Of a DNA stretch of 64,000 nt, positions 25,232-35,200 are shown one piece after another; the first letter of the stretch is position 1, and each line of letters opens with the position of its first letter. This stretch comes from Escherichia phage 241. Below the pieces are notes generated by a model that did not search any database, was not told the origin of the DNA, and was given only the letters and a program-made list of their open reading frames with translations. Both the position numbers and the translations under genes were made by a program. The DNA lies in sequence record OR924452; one strand, given 5' to 3'.

Positions 25232-27235
25232 ATGATTTCTCAATTCAATCAGCCACACGGCTCCACTTCAATATTTGTTAACAAACAATCTATCGCTCTG
25301 AATTTCGGTGTCACCAAAGACGAAGTTGTTTATTTCGCTGCTGGCATTGACCTTAGCGGATACAAAGTAATCTATGATGAATCGACTCAACGGGCTTATT
25401 CTCTTCCAGCTGGGATTGTTTCAGGAACTACTGCCATCAGTCTGGACGAAAAAGCCATTTTGACCCATTCGGCTGGCTCTGTTGATCTTGGAGAACTGGC
25501 TGTGCAACGCGGAGAGTTTGTTACTGTACCTGGTTCTTTTAATTTCGGCCATACCATTAATGTGAAAAATGAACTTCTTGTTCACGATGATGAAAAATAT
25601 CGATGGGATGGTTCTTTGCCAAAGGTAGTTGCCGCTGGTTCTACACCCGATAACTCAGGCGGTGTTGGCACAGGCGCGTGGGTTAGCGTTGGGGATGCGT
25701 CATTAAGGAATGAGTTAGCAAGTCCTTCAGGATCATCACTTTCAGGTCATTCAAATGGCCTTTCGGTAGCTGAAAACCTGAATAACCTCTTAGCAAAAGC
25801 ACAATTCATCACACCAGAGCAATTTTACAGCAATCATCCTGGTGAAACTGACTGGGCTGTGATGATTAACGAGGCATATTCCTATGCTCGCGATCATAAT
25901 AGTTCTGTGTTGCTTGCTAATGACTACCACACTGCGTCAACAATTGTTCACTTAGACGGTGTTACTGTTATTTGTACCGGGCGTATTATTGCATCGCCAA
26001 CAGGAACATATTCATACACCACCGCATTAGGTAATGAAGAGGAGGCTGCTTATGTAATTACTACTGAAAATGGTGTGTTTAACAATGCAAAATCTTCATC
26101 TCTTTACGGTCTAACATTGACATATACAGACAATAGAGAACCATCAGGATATACCGACCCTCACATACTAGCTAAAGGCGTTGTCATTACTGATACGGCT
26201 AATGTTTACATAAACAACCTGCAAACATTTGGGTTCTTAAATGGCGGTGTCGATGTTGGTGGAATTTCTGGTAATGGGTTTGAGATTGTAATAAATAAAT
26301 GTTTAGCCTGGATTTACGCATGGACGGATTCGGAGAAGATAGGATTCCGATGCAACGTTACAGACTCTACATTCTATGATGTCGTAACTGTAGCATATGG
26401 AATTGGAATTCATAATGTTAAAGGTGGTGGAAACGTCTATTTTAACGCGCACCCATGGGGGTATCCTTTAACCGCCGCTAATCTATACCCAAACAGACAG
26501 TGTAAAATTCAATTTCTGTTAACAGGGGGTGGCACAACTTTCTTCAGGCCGTATGCCGATACAATCACAAAATTAGACAGCAGTCAAAACGCTAGTCGGG
26601 CCAATGGTGGTGTTGGGTTTTACATCGACAACTGGAGAAATAAAATTATCGCAGCAGAGGTGGCGATACATAATGATGAGATTAGCACTGGAATGTCATT
26701 AGCTTACCTGGTAGGCGATGCCTCGCGTAATGAAATTGAATTCACAAACATAAACAACACATCGAAACTTGGGAATGAAAGAGTTTCATATGATTCAGGA
26801 TATCAAACCGCTTTATTTACAAACATTGTCAGAATTCCTGAGTATAACGCAGGTAATTTAAGCAACCTTACAGGAAGCATATCATTCAATGGTACAGGAG
26901 TTACTTCTTCTGGCACGTACAGTTTACGCAGAAGTGGTGAGTATATAGACATTCTTTTAACTATAGGAGTGACTTCAATATCAAGCCCATCCGGACCATT
27001 ATCAATCACGCTACCACGTGGTCTTGTGTGTAGATTTGGGCCATCAGCAGAGCCTGAGCAGACTTCGTGCTTTGGTAACATCAGTTCAATCAATATAGGT
27101 GTAATTGCAGTTCTAAACGGAAGCTCTATAGAGTTCTATTACAAGACAGCAAATGGGGCAAGGGTCCTTATTAATGCAGCTGGAGTATCAGTCGGGACTC
27201 TTGAGTTATTTTTAAGAGGTAAAATTTCGAATTAA
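25232..27235 (+). CDS. Tailspike protein (short N-terminal anchor type)
   Basis: 667 aa; first 160 aa are homologous to the N-terminus of the 826-aa tailspike; divergent C-terminal domain. Confidence 0.75.
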   Translation: MISQFNQPHGSTSIFVNKQSIALNFGVTKDEVVYFAAGIDLSGYKVIYDESTQRAYSLPAGIVSGTTAISLDEKAILTHSAGSVDLGELAVQRGEFVTVPGSFNFGHTINVKNELLVHDDEKYRWDGSLPKVVAAGSTPDNSGGVGTGAWVSVGDASLRNELASPSGSSLSGHSNGLSVAENLNNLLAKAQFITPEQFYSNHPGETDWAVMINEAYSYARDHNSSVLLANDYHTASTIVHLDGVTVICTGRIIASPTGTYSYTTALGNEEEAAYVITTENGVFNNAKSSSLYGLTLTYTDNREPSGYTDPHILAKGVVITDTANVYINNLQTFGFLNGGVDVGGISGNGFEIVINKCLAWIYAWTDSEKIGFRCNVTDSTFYDVVTVAYGIGIHNVKGGGNVYFNAHPWGYPLTAANLYPNRQCKIQFLLTGGGTTFFRPYADTITKLDSSQNASRANGGVGFYIDNWRNKIIAAEVAIHNDEISTGMSLAYLVGDASRNEIEFTNINNTSKLGNERVSYDSGYQTALFTNIVRIPEYNAGNLSNLTGSISFNGTGVTSSGTYSLRRSGEYIDILLTIGVTSISSPSGPLSITLPRGLVCRFGPSAEPEQTSCFGNISSINIGVIAVLNGSSIEFYYKTANGARVLINAAGVSVGTLELFLRGKISN

Positions 27236-27237
27236 AA

Positions 27238-27270
27238 TAACCCCGCTTCGGCGGGGTTTTGTTATTTTCT
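27238..27270 (+). terminator. Rho-independent terminator
   Basis: CCCCGCTTCGGCGGGG hairpin plus TTTTGTTATTTT. Confidence 0.8.
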
Positions 27271-27403
27271 CTTATCGTGGCATATAATTTGTTTATTCAA
27301 AGATTCTTCTAATTCAGGATGAAACCCATTTCATAAATTTTGTTGTGTAGACTATGTTAAGAGGAAGAGTATAAACATAGATAAACTCAACATATTGATA
27401 CTC

Positions 27404-27441
27404 ACTAAATACCCCATATTGGCAAATCCTTTATGGGGTAT
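27404..27441 (+). promoter_or_regulatory. Late-promoter-like motif plus hairpin (CTAAATACCCCAT ... ATGGGGTATT)
   Basis: Same element as at 25191; the track's start at 27433 lies inside the 3' arm of the hairpin. Confidence 0.5.
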
Positions 27442-27447
27442 TTTCAA

Positions 27448-29676
27448 ATGACCAGAAATGTAGAAGAATTATTCGGCGGCGTAGTCACAGCTCCCCACCA
27501 GATTCCTTTCACTTATAAATCAAGTGTCGGTGGAGAAACTTTCATTTCTCTACCTTTCTATCCTGTCACTGGTGTTGTCACAATTAACGGCGGCATGCAA
27601 GTTCCGTTAGACAACTTCGAGATAGACGGGAATACGTTAAACCTCGGGCGCGCATTGTCTAAAGATGACGTGGTTTATTGCCTGTTCGACAAAATCCTTT
27701 CACCAGAAGATACTTCTAAAGGCATTCGAATATACAAATTTCAAGCCGTGGGTGGGGAAACTGAATTCACGCCTGACTTTACTTCTTATGGTGTACAGTC
27801 TCTTTATATCGGTGGCGAGTACAAAACCCCAGATATAGAATATTCATACAACAGTACGACTGGGAAAGTTTCCCTACAAACTGCTCTGACTGCAGGGGTG
27901 TGGGTTGTTGCGGAGATGTCTGTTAAACAACCGAATATCAGTCCGGCGTTCGATCGCAGTATCCAAGAAATTGCCCGTTCGGCTAACGTAAAAGACTCTG
28001 AAGTCATTGTCAGCACTGATACCATATCTTTACTCGACGACAAGAAAGTTGTTTATGATTCAGCAGCGCAGGTTATTTATGGTTTACCAACTATTCCTGA
28101 TGGTTCAGTGATTTCTTCTGTATCTGATGGAAAATTGACTTATAATCCAGGTGATGTGCAGGTTGATCTGTTACCATTACCAGATTCTGCCCAGGCAGTT
28201 AAATTATTCTATTTGCAACCAAGTGGCGCAGAAAATATTAAAGTTTCCAGTGGCGACACAGTACAAGATATTCTGAATAATATCAATAAACACCGTGTTG
28301 TAAGCAGCATTTCAGAACTTTTGAATATATCTCCAACAGAAACGTCAGTTGTATTCGTGGCATCTTTCCATCCATCAACCAATTACGGGGGTGGATTCTT
28401 CCGTTGGGATCCGTCTGGAAACAAGGCAACCCACAATGGTGGTACGATTATTGATCCTGATAAAACGTTTCCGACTTGGGACAGCGCAGGTAAAACTTCT
28501 TGGTTTACCGCAAGCGGGACGGGTACTGGTGTTTGGCGTCGGCAAGACGTGATGGGTCATTACCGTGCTGAAGATTTCGGTGCACTCCCTTGGAACGTCG
28601 GGGACGCGCATGACAGTACCAAAGAATTCCAACAAGTGGCTAATGTGGCTTATCGGGGCGGTTGCTGGAGATGGACAGGTCGCCATCGCATTACGAGTTA
28701 TATCGATATCCCCAATAAACAGACTTTTGGTTCATACGCCCAAATGACTTCTGTTTATTCTGAATTATTCCAGCCTAGCAATTTCCAGGGGGTGCACGTT
28801 ATTTCTGATCCTTCTTTAGCGCGTTCTGTGCAAAATGCAGTCTTCTTTGATGCTGCGACCGGAGAAGCATTCCGTTGTGGGGAAGGTGCATCCCCGACCG
28901 ATTTTTTGGTGTACGGAAGAGGGTTTACAACTACTGGGATGGATTTGGCAACATCATTACCTTCGGCGGCGTCGTATTGTGACACCCAAGCATTCCGTCA
29001 TGGGAAGGCTATTAACGTGCGAAATGTTACTGTTGCGCTTATGAAGTACGCATTGGATTCTAATCCATGGGATGCCAGCAAAGGTGATTATTATTCCACA
29101 ACGGATCATATGACGATTTTGTATTGTTATTGCATTAGTCGTGTACCAACTGGCCAGGATATAACATTTAACACCAAGCATATCAATATGCGTGCATATG
29201 TAAACCAGATTGGCGATTATGGATTGGCAGTCCGAAATGTGGTGTTTATCGGTGGATCCATAGAAGGATATAACACTTCAACATTCTTACGATCCAGTAC
29301 TCAACTTTCTTTCAAAGGCACATATTTTGAAACGGGTGACACGTCATTCAATGGTACAGTATTCAGCCTTGTTGGTTGGTGTACTCTTAACTTTGAAGAA
29401 TGTCTTGTTTATTTGAACAACACCACAAACTTCGTGTCTTCTGGTGGTTCTGGGCAATCTGCTGGCGTCTTGGGTCTAACGATTAAATCTCAAGGTAACG
29501 TGTGGCGTAAAACTGACGCGGGGACAACCACAGTGTTTGCAGTTGACCCAGTCACTAATAAACAAGCCTTAGTTGGATCCGAAATATTGAATGCTGCGAG
29601 TGGGGCAACTATCGCATATTGGGCTGGTGCCGTCCCACCTGGCACATACACGGCTCCAATCAGTGTTGCATTTTAA
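27448..29676 (+). CDS. Tailspike protein (long form)
   Basis: Start moved to the ATG at 27448 (MTRNVEEL) by analogy with the 25232 gene; N-terminal modules shared with the 1057-aa tailspike. Confidence 0.7.
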   Translation: MTRNVEELFGGVVTAPHQIPFTYKSSVGGETFISLPFYPVTGVVTINGGMQVPLDNFEIDGNTLNLGRALSKDDVVYCLFDKILSPEDTSKGIRIYKFQAVGGETEFTPDFTSYGVQSLYIGGEYKTPDIEYSYNSTTGKVSLQTALTAGVWVVAEMSVKQPNISPAFDRSIQEIARSANVKDSEVIVSTDTISLLDDKKVVYDSAAQVIYGLPTIPDGSVISSVSDGKLTYNPGDVQVDLLPLPDSAQAVKLFYLQPSGAENIKVSSGDTVQDILNNINKHRVVSSISELLNISPTETSVVFVASFHPSTNYGGGFFRWDPSGNKATHNGGTIIDPDKTFPTWDSAGKTSWFTASGTGTGVWRRQDVMGHYRAEDFGALPWNVGDAHDSTKEFQQVANVAYRGGCWRWTGRHRITSYIDIPNKQTFGSYAQMTSVYSELFQPSNFQGVHVISDPSLARSVQNAVFFDAATGEAFRCGEGASPTDFLVYGRGFTTTGMDLATSLPSAASYCDTQAFRHGKAINVRNVTVALMKYALDSNPWDASKGDYYSTTDHMTILYCYCISRVPTGQDITFNTKHINMRAYVNQIGDYGLAVRNVVFIGGSIEGYNTSTFLRSSTQLSFKGTYFETGDTSFNGTVFSLVGWCTLNFEECLVYLNNTTNFVSSGGSGQSAGVLGLTIKSQGNVWRKTDAGTTTVFAVDPVTNKQALVGSEILNAASGATIAYWAGAVPPGTYTAPISVAF

Positions 29677-29679
29677 TTT

Positions 29680-29703
29680 CCCCCTCCTTCGGGAGGGTTT
29701 ATT
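29680..29703 (+). terminator. Rho-independent terminator
   Basis: CCCCCTCCTTCGGGAGGG hairpin plus TTTATT. Confidence 0.7.
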
Positions 29704-29723
29704 AGAAAAACAGGAGATTCATC

Positions 29724-32204
29724 ATGAATCCGCAATTTGCTCAACCGAAAGGTTCTACTTCAAAAGAAACGAACAAAGATAGCATCGCCCGTAAATTTGG
29801 GTGCAAAAAGTCGGAAGTCGTTTATGCCAAAGCGGGACAGTCTTTGTCTGGTTATAAAGTGATCTACGATAAGGTGTCTCAACGTGCCTACGCTCTCCCT
29901 TCTAACATTGGTGCTGTAACGGTCACCAGTTTAGTTGACGGCATCCTCACGCACTCTGGAGGCACTGTAGATTTGGGTGCGCTGGCGGTGTTGCGTGAGG
30001 AATACGTCATTCTGATAGAAAATTTCACTTCCGGATTTACGATTCGTGTCAAGAACGAAGTCGTGAGCGATGGAGTGAATTTATACCGCTGGGGTGGTGG
30101 TTTACCAAAGACTGTCAATGCTGGTGAAGATCTAGACTCCACTGGAGGGATTAGCGTGGGGGCGTGGATTAGCGCGGGCGTTGCTTCATTGAGGAACGAT
30201 CTTGCTGCTAATGATGGGTTTAAATTTATTGGGCAATGTCCAGATATAGCAACATTAAGGACAATTGAACCTGGCGTCAATGGTCAAAGAATTATATTAC
30301 GGCAACATACGGCTGGAACTGGTCTTGGCGGCGGTTCATTTAGGGCTGTAGTTGATGGCACCGGATATGAAGACGATAACGGAGTGGTTATTAAAACAAC
30401 TGGCGGTGCCGCCTGGCTACGCCTCAACGCAGATAGAGTTAATCCGTTTATGTTTGGGGCAACAGGTGGTGTGGACGACACTGTGGCTGTTCAGGCCAGC
30501 GTAGATAGTGGTCGAGCCACCGAACTAACTGCGCCATTCAACGTCACTTCCATTAAGCTGAAGAAAAAATCTGCAAGTATCTACGGGTCAGGTATGCACA
30601 TCTCAAGGCTAGTGCAAAAACCAGGGGTGGCTGGTGACTGTGTGGTTATTGAAGATACCTGCTCGCTTATTAAATTGGATAATTTCGGTATTTACGGAAC
30701 TGGTGCACAGCAAGATACTGCATTCACTGCGGGAACGCGTGGATTAGTTGTTCCAACCCCCACCGGACTTTCTACAAACTACCCATTTAACACATCAGCA
30801 GACCCACGAAGGGATTTGTGTATCAACAACGTGCATATTGCTGGGTTTGATGAGTATGGACTTAAAATCGAAAATGGAAACTTTTCAGTATCAACGACAA
30901 ACCTTCTTATTAACCACATTAATCAAGTTGGTGCGTATTGCGCAACAACAGACTGGACTTGGACAAATATCCAGATAAATACCTGTGGTAAGGAGTGTCT
31001 TGTCTTAGATGGCGCTGGCAACGCCCGTATTATTGGTGCTAAACTTATTTGGGCTAACTGGCAACCATATGCTGCTTCAGGTAGTTACCCTGGATTGAAG
31101 ATAAACAATTGTCAAAACATTACTATGAGTGCTACAGAGGTTCAGGACTGCGGTTCTGATGGCATAATCTTTAAAGACAGTTATTCTATTTCAATTTCAG
31201 GACTAAACACGAACAGAAACAGCATAAACAGCAACTACTCATATAACAACTGCGTATTTGATAGTTGCGACGTTACAATTGATGGGTTCGTTGGTCTTAA
31301 CTATTCTTCAAACTCAGGTTCGGGGATACCTTCCAGTGCCGCTAATTTTAGATTCCTGTCTTCAGATTGTACCGTAGTCGTAAACGGAAATGTAGAGTCA
31401 GAGTATCTCGGTATCTTGTTCCGTGGTGATAACAATATTATTCAGCCAACGAATTCAGACCTTAAAATAAATGGATTGATTAATTACGATAAAACAAGCA
31501 TTACATTTCAAAATGTAATGCCTTCATTCGATGGTGTTAGTACCACTCCTGTATTCGTTCCCGCCCCATCAATTATAGGCCAGGCAAACGGACTTCGTTT
31601 GTCACAAGGAAATAAAGACAAAATCAGGTATACAACATCCAGAGTTCCAGCTGGTGGCGTGTCACTATCTGCAATTCTAATACCAACAATAACTGGCGCT
31701 GAAACGTTTAATATTATTGTTCTGGGTACTGGATTTGGCTCTACCAACAATAGCCTCTACTTTCAGTTAAATGTCGACTCATCAGGAAATCAAAGCGTTG
31801 CATTACTTATCAGTGGCGATGGTCAAACACAAGTTCTTTCTGGGGTGATTCCGGATGAATTTAAGATACAAAGTGGAGTTCCGTACCATTTTGCATTGGG
31901 TGCTGCTCCTGGGAGATTCTGGTGGAGTATATTAAATATTCAAACAGGTTCACGTATAAGAAGGGCATTTAGACGTGATTACTTAAGCGCTCCATTTAAC
32001 AGCTTATTTGGTAATGATGTTTCTATAAATTTCTTCTCAGGTGAAGGTTCATCAGATGAAGCATGCTCTGGGATTGGGGCAAAAGTTTATGCTGGAGCAT
32101 TCAGTTCTGAATCTGATTATTGCGCAAGCAGATACTACAGTTTGTACAATCCTATAGACCCATCTAAAATGTTTAGCTATAGAACACTTGATGGCTCCAT
32201 ATAA
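29724..32204 (+). CDS. Tailspike protein (short N-terminal anchor type)
   Basis: 826 aa; AGGAG RBS; N-terminal 160 aa paralogous to the 667-aa tailspike; beta-helix-like repeats. Confidence 0.75.
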   Translation: MNPQFAQPKGSTSKETNKDSIARKFGCKKSEVVYAKAGQSLSGYKVIYDKVSQRAYALPSNIGAVTVTSLVDGILTHSGGTVDLGALAVLREEYVILIENFTSGFTIRVKNEVVSDGVNLYRWGGGLPKTVNAGEDLDSTGGISVGAWISAGVASLRNDLAANDGFKFIGQCPDIATLRTIEPGVNGQRIILRQHTAGTGLGGGSFRAVVDGTGYEDDNGVVIKTTGGAAWLRLNADRVNPFMFGATGGVDDTVAVQASVDSGRATELTAPFNVTSIKLKKKSASIYGSGMHISRLVQKPGVAGDCVVIEDTCSLIKLDNFGIYGTGAQQDTAFTAGTRGLVVPTPTGLSTNYPFNTSADPRRDLCINNVHIAGFDEYGLKIENGNFSVSTTNLLINHINQVGAYCATTDWTWTNIQINTCGKECLVLDGAGNARIIGAKLIWANWQPYAASGSYPGLKINNCQNITMSATEVQDCGSDGIIFKDSYSISISGLNTNRNSINSNYSYNNCVFDSCDVTIDGFVGLNYSSNSGSGIPSSAANFRFLSSDCTVVVNGNVESEYLGILFRGDNNIIQPTNSDLKINGLINYDKTSITFQNVMPSFDGVSTTPVFVPAPSIIGQANGLRLSQGNKDKIRYTTSRVPAGGVSLSAILIPTITGAETFNIIVLGTGFGSTNNSLYFQLNVDSSGNQSVALLISGDGQTQVLSGVIPDEFKIQSGVPYHFALGAAPGRFWWSILNIQTGSRIRRAFRRDYLSAPFNSLFGNDVSINFFSGEGSSDEACSGIGAKVYAGAFSSESDYCASRYYSLYNPIDPSKMFSYRTLDGSI

Positions 32205-32207
32205 CAA

Positions 32208-32236
32208 AAACCCCGCTTCAGCGGGGTTTTTATTTC
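32208..32236 (+). terminator. Rho-independent terminator
   Basis: CCCCGCTTCAGCGGGG hairpin plus TTTTTATTTCT. Confidence 0.8.
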
Positions 32237-32296
32237 TATCTGTCTGTTGGCTGTATACTAAATATCTCTATAAATGGCACTCGATGGAGCATCAAA

Positions 32297-35200
32297 ATGC
32301 AATCTACAAATCTAAACCGTCGCCCGTATTGGGACGACTGGAATCCTGGAAAACGGTTTTCACGGATTCTTTTTCGCCCGATGCCTATTAAAGTTCAGAC
32401 TCGTGAACTAAACCAGATGCAGACTATTCTGCAAGATCAGATTGAAAAGCTGGGAAACCATTTGTTCAAAGATGGATCTATGGTTATCCCTGGTGGTCTG
32501 ACGATTACCAACGCCGCTGTATCTATGAAATTCACTCTGGCTGGCGGTACTGAGTTTACTGATCTGGAAGGGATTACTGAACTTTATGTTCTGGGAAAAG
32601 ACAATAATGCCAAAGCGCGTGTGCTATCTCTTGAACGTGATCTGTCTGCTCCGGATACGATGTTGGCCATCCTTGAAATGACAGAAGTGGGTAATGCAGA
32701 TGGCTTCCACGTCAACGACAATCTGTATTTCCAAACCTATGACGTCAATGACAACTTCATTCGTATTGGTTATGGTATCGCAGCTGCGGTGACTGGTTCT
32801 ATCGTCGCTCGTATGACGAAGGGCGTTTACTTCATTCGTGGGATGTTCCTTGATGTTGATGACGCGACTCTCATCGTCGATAAAACTTCAAACACTTCTT
32901 CCCATCGCGTCGGGTTTAAAGTCACTGAAACCATCGTGACTGAATCTGAAGACGAATCCCTTTATTCAAACGCTCAGGGAACGATTAACTCCAAAGCCCC
33001 AGGCGCTCATCGTCTTCGAATAGATCTGGTCTTATCTCGATTTGATTATGATGCTGTGGTTGAAGACTTTGTTGAACTGGCCAAAGTTCGTGATGGTAAA
33101 ATCCAGTCTATGGTGACTCAGTCCACCTATAATATTCTGGAAGACACGTTGGCTCAACGGACGTATGAAACCAACGGCGATTACAACGTTTCAACGCATC
33201 AGATCGACATCCGCGAACACCTGAAAGTCAATAACAATGGTGGTGTATTCAATGCTGCTGATGGCGGCGACGAAAGTAAATTCGTGTCTGTAATGAAACC
33301 AGGTATTTCCTATGTTCGCGGTCGTCGTATCGAAAACGTCGGGGAAGAGTTGGTGATCGTTGACAAGGCACGGGATACCGATGTCCTGAATAACACGCCT
33401 GTCGCAGTTGCTACAGGGAATTATCTGGTCACCAAGAACTCCAAAGGTGTTCCAGTAATATCTCGCACTGTGCGATACAAGTTATTGAACGCATCTGGCG
33501 CTGCTCAAGCCACGGCGTTGTGTATATCCGCTGAACGCAATTCAACTGAATTCCGTCTGTACATGCGTGATTTGGTTGTGACTGGGGACGCGTCCACTAT
33601 CACCAAAGTGTCTTATGAAGAAAGTGGTATCACCATGTTCTCTGCTGAACTGGAATCCAACCAGTTTAACCAGAGTTCTATGGTAGACTTGATCTTCTCT
33701 CTTCCGGTCTTCGGTGTTAAAACATTAGCGCCAACAGGTTCCGTGGATATCAACTACACAGTCCTCAGAACTTATAAGGTGACGCTAGACAGCAGCGGTT
33801 CTGGTTCTATTTCAGCTCCGCTGGGATATAGTTTCTCTCCTGAATTTTCGTTGTATTCTTCTGCGAAATCCGATGGTTCAGAAGCGCAATTTGATATCTC
33901 TGGCTCTTTGTCACTGACTGGTTCTCCGGTGGGTTCGGCTTTGCAGATTTCCCTGGGTAGCGGTAATGCTAACCAGTCAATCAATTTGCTGGCACTGATG
34001 ATCCGCACTACGGCCACGATCAAAACGAAGACGATAACTGAAACCACAGAGTCTGTGACTTTTACTTCCCAAACCAGTAGACCTCTGGCAAATCACGACG
34101 GCTGGAAATTGGTATCTGTCAAAAATGATACTGGCGCGGACGTGACTTCGAGCTTCACCCTCGACGGTGGCCAACGCGATGCGGGATATTACAAGGCTAA
34201 TCTGTTATCCACCGCTGGAGCCATTTCAGGGACGTATACGGTGGTGTATCAATACTTCGCGCATAGTTCGGGGGATTTCTTCTCAGCGGATTCGTATACT
34301 TCAATGGATTACAAAGATATCCCGAATTATACATCCTCCACATCAGGGGCGGTGTATGGTTTGGCCGATAGCCTTGATTTCCGTCCGAAAATTACCAACG
34401 GGACATCCGACACTGATATGGTTCGCCCGAATACGGCTGTCATCCTGGACACAGAGTATTATTTGCCTCGTATCGACGCGATTTATCTGGCAGATAATGG
34501 CGTGTTTGGTGTAGCCCGTGGCATCAGTTCCAACAACCTGGCGTCCCCAGCAATACCTGCAAACTCCATGCGTTTGTATGAACTGTTGATTCCCCCATAC
34601 ACGCCGAATATCGATGATATACAAATTCGCACCATCGATAACCGTCGTTATACGATGCGTGATATCGGTAAACTGGAAACGCGTATTTCCAACGTTGAAT
34701 ACTACACCTCTCTGTCGCAGCTGGAATCTTCGGCGATGACACAACAGGTATTTGATCCAATCACGGGTAATCCGCGATTCAAAAACGGTATCGCCGCCGA
34801 TCCATTCAAAGACTTCCGTCTTATTGATGATCTGTCTGAAGATTGGATGGGATCTATCGATACGGAAAATGGACGTTTGCGTCCGTTTGTTCAACAGAAC
34901 GCCGTTGACATGACTCCAGTAGGCTGGAACAAAGTGATGGATGGTATGGTGGTTTGTAACTACACGCCTGAAATCTCCGTGAACCAAGAATACGCGACGA
35001 CGACGATCAACGTTAACCCGTATGCTGTATTCAACTGGGAAGGTTTCTTGAAGATTAACCCGACCACGGATTACTGGTTTGAAAACTACTATGTCGCCCC
35101 GCGTGTTATCAATGAAACGATCAACACTCGTGGTACTGTACAAGAAGGTTCGGTGTACGGGACGTGGCGTACTGTTTCTGTTTCTGATCGTGTTTGGGAG

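Noticed and set aside
27433-27447. Track start codon at 27433 for the third tailspike
   Set aside because: This ATG is the ATGGGGTATT 3' arm of the conserved promoter-hairpin cassette; by analogy with the identical cassette before 25232 the real start is the next in-frame ATG at 27448.
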